A stretch of DNA of 63,956 nt, counting the filler, from Circinaria calcarea (Eukaryota), in the NCBI GenBank assembly GCA_051942165.1. It is 4 parts of 4 records of this genome, joined end to end, with 100 filler letters (N's around TTAATTAATTAA, not from the genome) between each part and the next. Parts side by side here need not be neighbours in the genome. Positions count along the whole stretch, not along the records: positions 48,515 to 63,956 come from JAVECS010000364.1; 3 more parts are not named here. One strand, 5' to 3'. The first letter of the stretch is position 1; each line of letters opens with the position of its first letter. The position numbers were made by a program, and so were the translations under genes. This document shows, piece after piece, positions 48,515-60,684 of the stretch. Below the pieces are notes generated by a model that was not told where the DNA came from, did no database searches, and was given only the letters and a program-made list of their open reading frames with translations.

Positions 48515-51500
48515 CCCTTCCTTCTCCGAAACCCCCAAACGTCGCCCATCCTGCCCTTTCCCTCCCTCACGCTCGCCGGACTTCTCGGCGGCGCGCTCCC
48601 CGCCATGGCTTCGAGGGAATAGAGGCTCGAATCGGCGCTCGGTCGGCCTTCTTCCTCAGATTCTCCCGTCGTCATGGGGTCGTCTCTGCCCTCCGTGTTG
48701 CCGGCGCTGACGGTATGGGAGACACTGGCGGGAGGGAGGAGACGTCTTCGTCCTAGGGGCTGGGTGCCGGGGTCCCAGATCCCCGATGAGGAGCCAGGGG
48801 GCGTGGGATCGAAGCCGGCTTCGGAGCTGGAGCGCGTGAGATCATCGCTTGCGGCTTGGGGGAGGAAGCGACCGTGAGCGGGATACGCGCCTTGTGGGCG
48901 GGCAGATGGGTCAAAGTAGCTCTGCTGCACACCTGGGTCACTGCCGTCTCTGACGCTCGAAGCCTTCCTTGCCGTCGTCCCACGCGGAGTTTCTTCAGCG
49001 TCACTGAACACACGGGGGGTTACGGGCTCGCTCTGATCCTCAGCTACAGTGGGCGACTTGATCATCGCTTTCCTCCCCATCTGCTCAATCATTTCTTCCC
49101 ACTTGACCTCTAATACTCCGCTAGGCCTTTCCGCCTGCTCGGCCACGTTGATGCATTCTTGAGTCTGAGCGCACAGACCTTCGCACAATGCATCGAATCT
49201 TTTCAGTTCATCACTGCCAGCTTCAAGAGCCGCCTCGTCCTTCCCCTCACTCCAGATGCTGACCAGCGCGGCAAACTCTCTTGCTTGGTCAATCAGATAG
49301 GGTAGACTAGGGAAACCTTCTCGGTTCAATGGAGGGAGACGGGATAAAATGGTGATGGGTGTAGCATACGAGGGAGGAATGGCTGAGGTGGCGCGGTCAG
49401 AGCTGATGTCGCAGATATTATCGACAAAGGATTTGAATTCTTGACGATGAGAGGTCAGGAAAGCGTTCATTGGGGACATCCAGGGTTCTTTACTGCCAAA
49501 GGTGTTAAGATTGGCAAACGTCTGCAGAGATTTTGCAATCAGAGTCAGAGTCCGTTGGGCTCGAGGGCGGGGATGATCTGTATAGAGTTACTACACGATA
49601 GGTTGATTCAGGTGCGCGAAGATCATGTCTGGGATTGGGTTATCAAGGAAGGTATCAGATTTAAAGGCTTACCTTTGAGCAAGCCGAAGAGCTTCGGATT
49701 AAGCACTGCAGGACAGAAGAAGCGGAGGAATAGAAAGCCAGACACGCTGCTATACGTTACGGTACGGAGAAAATTGCCAAAGCGATCATCGGCGCATGCG
49801 CGTATGTGGCGAAAGATTGTTCGTAGTTCAGGAGGGCAGCGAGAAGCGGAGGCGTAAATCGATTTCCAAATGGCTTCTGTGAGAGCAATCAAGTTGCGCC
49901 GATTACGCTGCAGATCTTCAGGACGCTGCACCCTGTTAGGATCAACTTCACACTCCGGATCGCTTTCGTCAATGTCTCGTATCCGTTCACTTAGCGTCTC
50001 CTCGAGATACTCCTTGCCTAACCGTCGCATATGCAAATCAAGAGCTTTGGTCAAGAGCGAATTGCCCCTGAAAAGCAGATTGGCTTCCACAGTCGCTGTT
50101 CTCCCAAGATCTCGAAGCAGTAGCTCCCGTTCAACTCCAGAATCATACGAGTCGTGTGAGGCAATCCTTCTACTGTAACGGAACCTCGACACTGGGGTAT
50201 CTCTGTGCAGGCCATCAATCTCATCTTCAACCAGTGACATTATCCAATCCCCAGCTTGCGCAGATACTTGAAAGATATTCAACAAGGTCTCTGCTAATCT
50301 TCGAAGGTCTGAAGGAAGAGCCGCTGCTACCTGTTGTGTCAAACCATTTGAAAAGGAGCTTAACATTTCTGACAATTGCTGATAGTCTTGAGATAAGAGC
50401 ACGACAGATTCTTCCAGTCGAACTTTCATTAGCGTTTCGCCGACTACCTCTTCGCGCTCGTTGCAGATCGGCCACCAACGCTCAGTATCCTTTCCACGAT
50501 CCACGTCGGATAGTCGCAGGTCTACTGTGCCATATATCGAGTCCATTGGCGAAATCTCGATGGCGCCGCCAGCACTCAATGCATTTACCTCTCCCTGATC
50601 ATAGTCGAATGCACTGTGGGAGACTAGAGTCCAATCTCGTTGCTCCATATTACTCGTTTTAAGAACCACCAATGCAGAAGATAAGACTGGTGGCAAATCG
50701 AGGAACTCGTAATCTTCACGCCAGAAAGGGTTGCTGGTATCTGTTTTGAAAGTCGTCCTGGCTCTGATCTCCCCGTCCAGCATAACCTCTGCATAGTAAT
50801 CACCAGCAACCCAGTCCTGCCCGTGGGAACTCCCTGCACGAGGCGACGTCCTGGTACTAAAGTCTGCAGTCACCCGAGGAGCATGAACCTTGGCTTCGGT
50901 GATCCGTAAATATAAATGTCTCTCTACTCGGAACACGTTTGTAAGTGACGGAGCTTGTTGTGCTTTGCTGGATGGGCCAGGACTTAGGGTCGCGCTCAAC
51001 AGAGACGAATCTTCAGGGCCGTAAAGGTCAGGCACTGTGAATGCTCGTAGAAGTACAAACCAAACCTCAAATAGGACACGCGATTCGAGAGACAGGTATA
51101 TCGCATGCATAGAAGATAATGTTGCATTCGAGGCCGTGTATCGAGGATAAATTGCTAGACAGAACTCATCGTCTAAGACAGATGGCTCAAGGCGCTGGAT
51201 AGCACACCTTGAAAGCGAAGACAATGGGATAATTGAGACAAGAGAGGTATCCGACTCTGTGAATAGCTTGAGGTATCCGTTCTCTTGAAGCGTACAAGAA
51301 ACTTTCTGCCAGGTGTTTGATATTGATCTCTGTTGCTTATATGTCGATATCCTCCTCTTGCTATGGACCGGTGGAGTGCTTGATTGCCTGTCTGCATCCC
51401 AGAACAACATCTTGCCTACCTTGATGATAGCTGCGTCTTTGGTCGTGCTGGCGGCAGAGCTACGCTTGCGGTCTCCGAATTTGCGTTCCGCGACCACCGT

Positions 51501-52535
51501 CGTTTGAGGTTTCGTCATTTTGTTCTGAACCCCTTTCGGTCGTATCGGTTGCCAGCAAAGGAGCGCAGCCAGCCACGAGTCGAACGTCTCGGGAACATGC
51601 GGTCGGAGGTGAATGCCAAAGCCTGAGGTATGAGTGGAGACGTCGAGATATGTAAGTCCAGTTTCTTTATCCAACATAGTTCGTACCTTGCATCCTCGAA
51701 GATCGGGTATCAGCGTCTTTGCGTGAGAGATTTCGCCTTTGGTCTGATATATGAGGCTACCAGTCGCGACATTAATGGCGCAGTATCCTGAAGGCCAACA
51801 GCTAGATCCTGCAAAACGGAACGAGAGGATACCATGCATTCTCCCGCATGTTACCTTCATCAGCTGAAGAATCTTTCCAGTATCCGTATCGGGAGCTGAC
51901 TGTGGCACAATGTGTTGTGTAGGATGCACGTGGGTATAAGGAGATAGTGGGCGTGGTGGTGGTCCGATAAGACGCTGGCGATTTATCTGCGATTGAGAAG
52001 GTAGAGGGGGCGAAGGTATGATGGACGGGAACCCAATAGATGTAATGTCTTCTGCTGGGATTTGCAGGGGCGGTGGCGCTGTAGACTGGAGTGATCCAAT
52101 GCGATTCCGAGTCTTGGACATCAAAGAAGTAGGCGACCGATCCCGATTTCTCTCTTCCAGTGTCCGCGTCCGGGGACGACTTAGAGGTTCCGTAGCTGCA
52201 TGGCTTGTAAATCCATTTCTCCTGGAGATGGACTCCGAGTGCGGTGTTCGAGTCTGGCTGTTTGTGTTCACTCCGCCTTTGCTCTCAGGAGGAGTAATCA
52301 GAGGAGGAGTAACAGGAGGCGGTTGGGGGGTAGGCTCGTCGAAAGTAGTCCCACGAATCAGTTCTGGTGTTACAGCTCGAACAGAGGTGCCCGCAAATCC
52401 TTCTGGATATATGTGCCCATGCCTGTCCTTTGACGACGTCTTCTTGCTTGTTCGTCGCTGAACAGCGTGCCCTTGCCCGTTGTATTCAAATATGCCCGAG
52501 TGACGCCGATTGCCATGGCGCTGCCTACTCTCCAT
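48515..52535 (-). CDS. BUD2: Ras GTPase-activating protein with C2 domain (Bud2/Cla2-like), 3' truncated; intron ~49579-49672
   Basis: LLFRGNSLLTKALD, SVSGFLFLRFFCPAVLNPKLFGL, KEPWMSPMNAFL RasGAP motifs; C2-like NPFWREDYEF. Confidence 0.85.
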
Positions 52536-54711
52536 AACCCAGATACCACCAACCCTTCTAGTTACCCAATACTATTGGTCCTGCTTGCTATCATCCAGAC
52601 ACTTTTCATCAAGCAGCTGCTTGGGTATAATTCATCGGCACCGTTGACGTATGGATTCCTCCTGGCAGCGCAGGGATGGCCGACAGTAGGTCTAGACTAC
52701 CGAGCCTTGACTCCTCTATTCAGTACTTCAGCGACACAGTCATTGGTGATGCGGAATATAGAGGCACGCTGGGATTTGAGGTGAACTGAAGACGTTTGGA
52801 GCTATCCGTGAATCCGGAAACTGCTATCCCATCCACATGAGTCAGTCAGCGAAGGCAGTCGAGACCGAGAAGCTTGAGAGAGATCTAAAAACAGAGCGTT
52901 GGGTATGGAGCAATGCCGGAGTCGTCGGCGCATGTTTCAAAGCATCCCCATGCTCTTCTAATACCCTCTACCATAGTAAGTAACAAGGCCCAAAAAGACA
53001 ATCTACCGGCGGGCGCTAGATCAAACGAGGAAAGATCTCACAGCGAAAGCTTGGACATGCTGATCACCCGAAGGCTAGTCACGCAGGGCCAGAAAGGAGT
53101 TGGTAGTTTATTTGAGAGAAGCGATGAAAAGGTAACATCCGGGCTGCGCCAACGGCTAAATTTAATTTCCGGAGCCTCAATTGAAGAAAGACGATGACCT
53201 ATGCCACGCTTCGAGATGTGCTTGATCGGGTAGTTACCTTAGTCATTGCATGCATACAAGAGGCGTTGACAAGACAAATGTTAAACACTCGGGACAATTT
53301 CAGTTCTCGAACAATGGTGCCCTTAGACTTACACATCCCTCCAGGGTACGATCCGTGTAATGGTACTATCTTCCTGACCAAGTTACGGGGCAGGGAACAG
53401 ATATTCTACACATGTACCAAGATGACCTACGCCAATGTACTGAGAGGATGGCATAGCCTCGCCAATCCAAGCCACTCAAAGTATTAGAAATGCTCAAATC
53501 GTTGCCACATTCCTAAAACTCTACTTCGCCGCTCGCATCCACGCAATCGCGCTAGTCTTCCTTAGCCATCACCTCTCCGTAGGTGCGTGCGGCCGCACCT
53601 AATCAACATGGAAAACAGCCTTTTTCTGTACGCCCACAGTTTGCCCCCGGCGCTCGCGCATTACAAGGGTGGGATATAAAGGGCTCTAAGCTTTGTACTT
53701 AGTCCGTGGATATCGTCATCTACCGAGTAGGCCAATTTCAAATTCAAGGAGTTATACCTGTCCCTGCTTCAAACACGAGGAGGACCAGTAGTATGGCACC
53801 TACCTGCACAAGCCCAATAGAAGAGGAAGCCGAGGGCGAAACCCCATTGTGGGCAAGTTTCACCAAAGCCAGCGTCGTTTCCGTTGTCTTTTAGTCATTA
53901 GGTTAACAACTGTCTGAGTCTGCGAAGCGGGCAAACTTGATTGTAGCACGTTAAATTAGACCATACTGATTTAGCAACGTCATCAAGGAAACGACGCTCA
54001 ATGCAGAATTCTTCGCTCATAGCATAGGACACCCAAGAGGAACTGCTTGTGGTATTTATATCTTTTGAAGAATCGCAGATACTGCGATATCAACACGAGG
54101 AGAGTCGAAACAGCTCTATATCATATGTTATAATGGAACACGAATGTACGGTCGAGGTTATAAGCCTTGAGCATGTTCCCAAACCAAACCAAAGTCACAG
54201 CGAGAAACCCAAAAGGATGACACCAATGTAGGACAACCATTCTGGAAAGCAGGGTATTTAAGTCAACACCAAAACCCCCTCTAGGATCGTGGTCGTACTG
54301 GGTAACAGGTTATTCGTGAAACATGAGCTAGTGAAGCACTTGGCAATGCGGGAAGAACCGACGCAGGTTTGAGTTCACAATCACTGGAGAATAAGTAAGC
54401 TGTCTCAATCAGAAGATTAGAATGGTACATAGCGCCGTAGAAAACCGTATCACGAGGCCACAGCACTTGTCCCTTGAAAATGGAGGGCTCCAAGCAAAGA
54501 TATCTTTTTCGCGGGCGAAAACGAGGATACCGAGAGCAAACGTGCCTGAATGAGACGGCGATACATCACATATCCCCTAAGACAACGTGAGGACTGTACA
54601 GAAGTAAAACGTAGTACGCAAGCCACTATGAGTTATTGTTCCACAACTCCATACTTCTCAATCTAGCATTTCCAAGACATTTAAAGCAAGTCTAACATCA
54701 TTTGTATCATA

Positions 54712-55848
54712 TCATTTGAAAAAAGGTTCTGGAGTGCCATCATCTCCGCCCATAGCACTCATTGGCTGGCTTCTCGCGCCACTTAAGTCTCCGCTACCGG
54801 TCTTCCTCAATGCTTGCCGCATCGTCTCAATCGTTAACTCGCCTCCCATGGGGGGACTGTGGGTTGTACGTGGGCTTCCAGGAAGCCGTCCTGCTCGACT
54901 CGGCGATGAGTCCAAGCCCCTGAGTGATGGCGATGCACTGATCGCTGGCGAGCCACCAACAGCTTGGGAGGAGATGGGAGAGTGTACGGGGGATGGTGAT
55001 CTGGCCCCTTGGCCCAATGACAGAGCACTCGGTTGTCCTGAGAGATGTATTGAATCGCGGTTGAGGGAGTGGTCTACATGTTCTGCATGAACAACATCGG
55101 CGAAGGATATGAAACTTAGTCTTCGAACGTCGTTAGCGTCTAGCGCACCGTAGTTTGATGCAGCCTCATCGTTGTCTGGATGAGCAATCAGATCGTCCTG
55201 CCATGCGTGCCCAGCAGCTTCGCTGATGCCTGTTCCAGTCACCGTCACTGCAGCGGGTTGGTGAGCTGTATGCATGACAATCTCAACGTTATCTGGGTTC
55301 AGATGGTCATCGGTAATGGCTACAGTCGATGCGTCCAGTACGGGAGGGATGTGATTTTCGGTAGTAATATGTGCTGGAACAGCTGGTGAGGCCGCGGTAT
55401 GTAATCCATCTTCTTGAACGTTTCGTTCGAATATCTGCGACGACGCTGGAGAGCTCATACGAGGTGATGGTGAATGGATGTTACGGCCAGGCGACGATGG
55501 AGCAGTCAAAGGATGGCCGGGGGACGAAGTAGCGTTTTGCACAGCGGGTAACTGCACTGGCGATGGAGGTACTGCCACGCTGGCTGCTCCATTGGGAGTT
55601 ACTCCTTCTTTCTTAAGAGGTTTTGCTTCCTCCTTTTTCTTTCCGAATGCCCAGAACTTTCTTCTGCTAGATTTCAAATCTTGCTCGGAGCTTTCAATGG
55701 TTTTTGGAGGACTGCTGCCTTCTACGGATGTCGCAGCTGAAGGCTGCGACATCTCAGAGAGCTCTTCTCCTGGTAAGGATATTGATAACGCCCTAGAACC
55801 TGATTCGTTGACTTTCCCTCCAAGTGTTTCGCTGTGGACCGCTGCCAT
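54712..55848 (-). CDS. Conserved Ser/Pro-rich fungal hypothetical protein
   Basis: 378-aa ORF with SSQIFERNVQE, ENHIPPVLDAS, RRLSFISFADVV and TIETMRQALRKT blocks. Confidence 0.75.
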   Translation of the reverse strand: MAAVHSETLGGKVNESGSRALSISLPGEELSEMSQPSAATSVEGSSPPKTIESSEQDLKSSRRKFWAFGKKKEEAKPLKKEGVTPNGAASVAVPPSPVQLPAVQNATSSPGHPLTAPSSPGRNIHSPSPRMSSPASSQIFERNVQEDGLHTAASPAVPAHITTENHIPPVLDASTVAITDDHLNPDNVEIVMHTAHQPAAVTVTGTGISEAAGHAWQDDLIAHPDNDEAASNYGALDANDVRRLSFISFADVVHAEHVDHSLNRDSIHLSGQPSALSLGQGARSPSPVHSPISSQAVGGSPAISASPSLRGLDSSPSRAGRLPGSPRTTHSPPMGGELTIETMRQALRKTGSGDLSGARSQPMSAMGGDDGTPEPFFK

Positions 55849-56478
55849 TTCTTATGTGTGCCGTGCAGATGATTGCTCAAGCTCGGGTCATGCAATACTG
55901 CTAGAAATTATGCCCTAGGAAGATCATCAATTGATATCAGCACCCTGATGTTGACGAGGAATGACCGAGTAGCAAGACCCATATACTAGGCAAAAGTAGG
56001 TTCTTACCTTGAAACCCAACTCGAAAGTCCTTTATATCCTTATGACCTTGGAGATTGGGATTAGCGGGTGGGCGCCTCTACTTGTAACACCTCATGCGCT
56101 GGCATTTGGGTTTGATATCTTTCAGCTTCGACGGCTGAGTCAAATGGGTCCAAGATCAATACGTAGTACTCGTGTTTAATACTTGGTAACGTTACGTGCC
56201 GGCCATAAGCTGGGAATTGGCTCACCTGACTTGACAATTCTCCAAACAACCAGAGACCGGGCATGACGAGGGGGCTACGGATAAATGGGGACAAGCCAAT
56301 GTCAGGGGGAGACATCTCGGCAAAGGAGGCACGGGAGGAGAATAGTTTACCCTTCAGAACGACATGGTACAGGGGTACTTGGAAAACTATACGGTGACCT
56401 CCAGCACTCAAACATGCACTTATCTACATTTTGCTTCTCCTGCAGATCAAACTTCAGTCTCCTACGCGCAAAGGCGAC

Positions 56479-57099
56479 ATGAATATTATCTTACCTCGTA
56501 GGCCAATCATCAATCTACCTTTTCCCCTCCCGTCATGCTCAACCTCGGTCCAGCATATCCCTCGGAGACACGAGTCGTCGGCGCGTCGTACGACTAAACG
56601 GCTAAGAACTAAACCCGACCCATCTTTCACATCCTTGAGTAAACTCCGGCCAGGGACCCAAGATCATATCGTCTTCAATCCTCCTTCCTCCGCCCCATCA
56701 CCATATCTCACCCCGCCCATTTTCCTTCCCCCGAGCGACCCACGCCGCCGGCTCCTCGTCCAATCTCACAATCATGCAAATCCTTACCACGAGCCTGATC
56801 GACGATTGCCCCCTCCGGTGCGAGAGCCTTACGAGAAGAAGTATCACCTGGATGAGGGTCAGGTAGCGGAGATACGTCGGTTGAGAACGGAAGATCCCTT
56901 CAAATGGACAAGGGCCAAGTTGGCGGAGAAATTTGGCTGTACGCAGTTCTTTGTGGGCATGGTTTGTGAGGCTAGCAAGGAGAGGAAGGAGCAGTCAAGG
57001 CAGACGTTAGAGAATGTCCAGGCGAGATGGGGGAAGAGGAGGCGGTATGCTAGAGAGGATCGGACGAAGCGGAGAGAGCTATGGGGAAGGGATGAATAG
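56479..57099 (+). CDS. MRPL20: Mitochondrial large ribosomal subunit protein mL58
   Basis: FNPPSSAPSPY.TP..FLP..DPRR, EKKYHL, IRRLR..DP..WTR..LAEKFGC motifs. Confidence 0.85.
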   Translation: MNIILPRRPIINLPFPLPSCSTSVQHIPRRHESSARRTTKRLRTKPDPSFTSLSKLRPGTQDHIVFNPPSSAPSPYLTPPIFLPPSDPRRRLLVQSHNHANPYHEPDRRLPPPVREPYEKKYHLDEGQVAEIRRLRTEDPFKWTRAKLAEKFGCTQFFVGMVCEASKERKEQSRQTLENVQARWGKRRRYAREDRTKRRELWGRDE

Positions 57100-57461
57100 G
57101 GGGGCTTGCTTAAATGGAGTCTGCTACCTGTGGATGTGTCTTGCGGTGATTGACAATATGGATCTCTTACACAACTGGCACCAAGCATTGAAGGAGAATA
57201 GGAAGGAAGTCAGAGTGATTGAGGAAGATTACTTCGGTCACGCTGGGTCGGTGCCCGATAGAAATCCATGACATAATGCGTCCATAGGGATACCTCTACA
57301 TGATGCATGTTGCGGCATTTATGCAATTCATCTTTGTATCATATTGTATCATAGATTCCATGTGCCAATGGTGCCGACTTCAATACCAAACACTTTCTTC
57401 GCCGCGTGGACTCCGCCAAATGCAGCGCGACACGCTTTGCTCGTTATCAATAACTTGGAGT

Positions 57462-58953
57462 TTAATCGAAGAACTTCTTGAAGGCCGCTTTCTCCTTCTT
57501 CGCCTGGTCTGCTGCCCTCTTCTTCACAACTGCTAGCTCTTTTGCAATGGCGGGATCATCCGGCGCAAGCTTTGAAGCGGACTGAAGGTCCTTCGTTGCT
57601 TCTTCGTCGTCTTTCAAACCTATATTGGCTAATGCTCTTCGATAAAACGCCTTTGCCCTATCTGCATCAGGAATTTTCTCGAGCTCTAGCGCACGGCTTG
57701 CGCTTTGTTTAGCATCTTCGAAGGCTTTCAGCTTGATTTGGAGAAGCGCTGAATTAGAATGCAACGCGAATCGGATGGCGGTAAGCTGTTGTGCGAGTTC
57801 CGGGGGGTCTTCGTCTGTTGCCGTTGGGTATTCATTCAAATAACGAAGACCTTTCTGGTACTTCTCAAGGCCAAGGTTCAAGTCGCCTCCTTTAAATGCC
57901 TTATTACCAAACTCCTTCAATTCGTTGGCAATTTTGACGATCTCTGGACCTTTGTAATCGCCATCTTTAGACTGGTCTTCGGGGAAGTCTTCGTACGGGT
58001 CGCCAGTACTATCCACAGTCTTTTGAAACCCAGAAGACACATCATCGCCACTCGATTGGCCGCAATCTATATCGAATTAGTCGCCGCTCGAATTACATGC
58101 AACAATTCGGCAACATACCAGCAATTATAACATCTTGGACTGGTTTGTCGTTCTGGGTCTTTATGTTCTCTATCTTCCGTACAATACTTTTGCCACTCAG
58201 CACTTCTCCAAACACCACATGCTTGCCATCTAGATGGGGAGTAGGGACTGTAGTCACGAAGAATTGGGATCCGTTGGTGCCTGGAACAAGGTCTTAGTAC
58301 ATGTCAGGACAATGGAATTCTGGATTTCCCAGTGTACCAGGGCCCGCATTAGCCATCGAAAGCAAAAAGGGCTTTTCGTGCTTGATTTCGAAGTTCTCAT
58401 CCTCAAATTTCTCCCCGTATATTGACTCTCCCCCAGTGCCGTTCCCAGCCGTAAAGTCACCTCCTTGTATCATGAAAGACTTAATGACTCGATGGAAACC
58501 GGAACCTGGAACAATCATCAATAAGGAAAGGAACGAAAAGGGGCGGTGGATAGACCTTTGTAGCTTAGAGGCTTCCCGGACTTCCCAATTCCTTTTTCTC
58601 CCGTGCAGAGAGAACGAAAATTGTTGGCGGTCTTAGGCACAACTGAAGTTGACTATATGAGCCTTCAAGAATTTTGTTCTATACTTCTTTGAATCACATA
58701 CCATCGTCATACTTGGACCGATCAGCGAGAATACCAAAGTATAAACGAGAAAGCAGAAGTGATTATGTAGCCTAAAGGATTTAGATATTGCAAAACACAA
58801 AGAGAGACTTACCAGCTCGAAAGTAATCCTGCCCTCTCTATTGCCACCAATCTCTATGTCAAAATAGACTCGACTCCGAGCTATTGAAAATACATCAATC
58901 GCTATCGTTTTCACTGCTTGCGTAGAAGCCGTACCTTTGCCGTTAGACGCCAT
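57462..58953 (-). CDS. CPR6: Cyclophilin-40-type PPIase with C-terminal TPR domain, multi-exon
   Basis: [42 protein letters not shown] segments [10 protein letters not shown] and AKAFYRRA. Confidence 0.93.
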
Positions 58954-59324
58954 TGTGCTTCCTCGACTAGGGTTTTGGGGAAATAAGGTTTGTAATTGAT
59001 AAGAAGGACTCTTGGGCTACGTTCCGTCCGTGAGGTTGAAGAAGTATTTCGCTAGCTAGGCTACCGAATCTCGAAGAAGGTTCTAGGGCTTCGACATAAC
59101 AGATCTCGCCTAACCGTGGTCGGCCCGATAATCCCCCGGGCCCAAAGGCTACGTAGTATTCCTCACTTTGATTATATTCTACATAAAAGTCATCTTCATC
59201 CATCTTCAGCATTGAATTGCAGAACGGATATTTCAAGAAACAGTCTCCGATTCCTCGCCGAAGACGATTGGGAACACGGTTTACAGCTTAATTAAATATT
59301 TCTCTTTGGATTCATCCCCGTCCT

Positions 59325-60117
59325 CTATTCTAATAAAGATGCCGGCAATACAAAGGCATTATCAGAATCCCCGGTGTCCATCGACTTGCCTGCGGCCTTC
59401 CCTTGGTGTTTTGGCGGATTAGTTTGGATCTCCAGGGTAACCTAAATCATGACTCAATCGATTAGTGCGAGTTGATAGAAATGGCACATCAGCGGTGATC
59501 AAGAGTTACCGCGCCGTCTTCACTGTGGTAGTCTACACCTACGGGGCCATCATTCACAAGGCCAACCTCCATCATAGCTTGGAAAACGCCATTCTTGACT
59601 TTCTCCGTCTCATAAAGGTCCTGTACTTTGGCAAAGAAATAATCATATAGCTCTTTGGCCTGTTCGCCTCCAGCAGCCCCATGAAAATCAGGCTTAGAGC
59701 CTTTCTTGGTGGACGCTAGTAGTGTAAACTGAGAGACTTTAGGTAATCAGTACTGCATGGATGGGAGACAATGTCCCTCCAACTAACCGCAGAGTACTTC
59801 GCCTTTGATATCCAACACGCTTTGCTTCCACTGAATTGATGAATTTAGATTTGATCTGATGTAGTTGATCAGACTACGTACCGTACTGCCTGATTCGTCA
59901 GGCCACATTTTAAGCTTCAAGACCTTTGCTGCCATTGCTTCGACTTCTCTACGTGTATCGTCCGGAGCAACAGCAGCAAAGACAAGTATGCCGCGATCAA
60001 TTGATGAGATCAATTGCTTATCAACAGTGACCGAAGCAGACGCCACTCGCTGTAGGATGGCTAAAGGGGAAATTAGATGAATCAAACGCAAAAGGAAGAA
60101 CGGCGAAAACCTTTCAT
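59325..60117 (-). CDS. DTD1: D-aminoacyl-tRNA deacylase, multi-exon
   Basis: MK|AILQRVASASVTVD, VSQFTL..TKKGSKPDFHGA, GVFQAMMEV.LVNDGPVT. Confidence 0.93.
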
Positions 60118-60684
60118 ATTTGCACCGTCTATCGATTTCAGGGCAACAATTCAGCATCTAGGTGTTAATAGCCTTCCAAGCCGGTATTTGCTCGAGCCTC
60201 AAGTGAAGCCTCATTAAATATTCACAGACATTGCATCGGTTACTGAGCCTTCAAGTTCTGTCTTGGTACATGTATAAAGTACTAGAAATCATAGATAAGT
60301 AAAGCATTGCGAATAGAAACGATATACAGTATTTAACCCGAAAGTACAGAGGTGAGCGAGCTATCCCGGGGCGGCAATGACAGATTCTCCCGGAAGCTTA
60401 AGTTCGCCCTGCGCCCGGACCTTTCCCCGTCGCCTGCGCTCCGCCTCAGTCGCGCCGAAACGTGTAAGGCTGATCAAGGCTCTGACTTTTGAGCTTCGGA
60501 TTTCGCAAGTATATGGATAGACACGACACCACGTTATCATTGAGACGCTGTATGCGTGAATTCTACGTAGCTCAAGTGGGACAGTCAAGAAGCTGCTGCT
60601 ATCCAAGCAAATCTGTTGAGAAACCAAAACTTTCGCAACACTACTGCTCAAGGGCTCGCGACGTAGCAAGCCTAGCACACAGCA

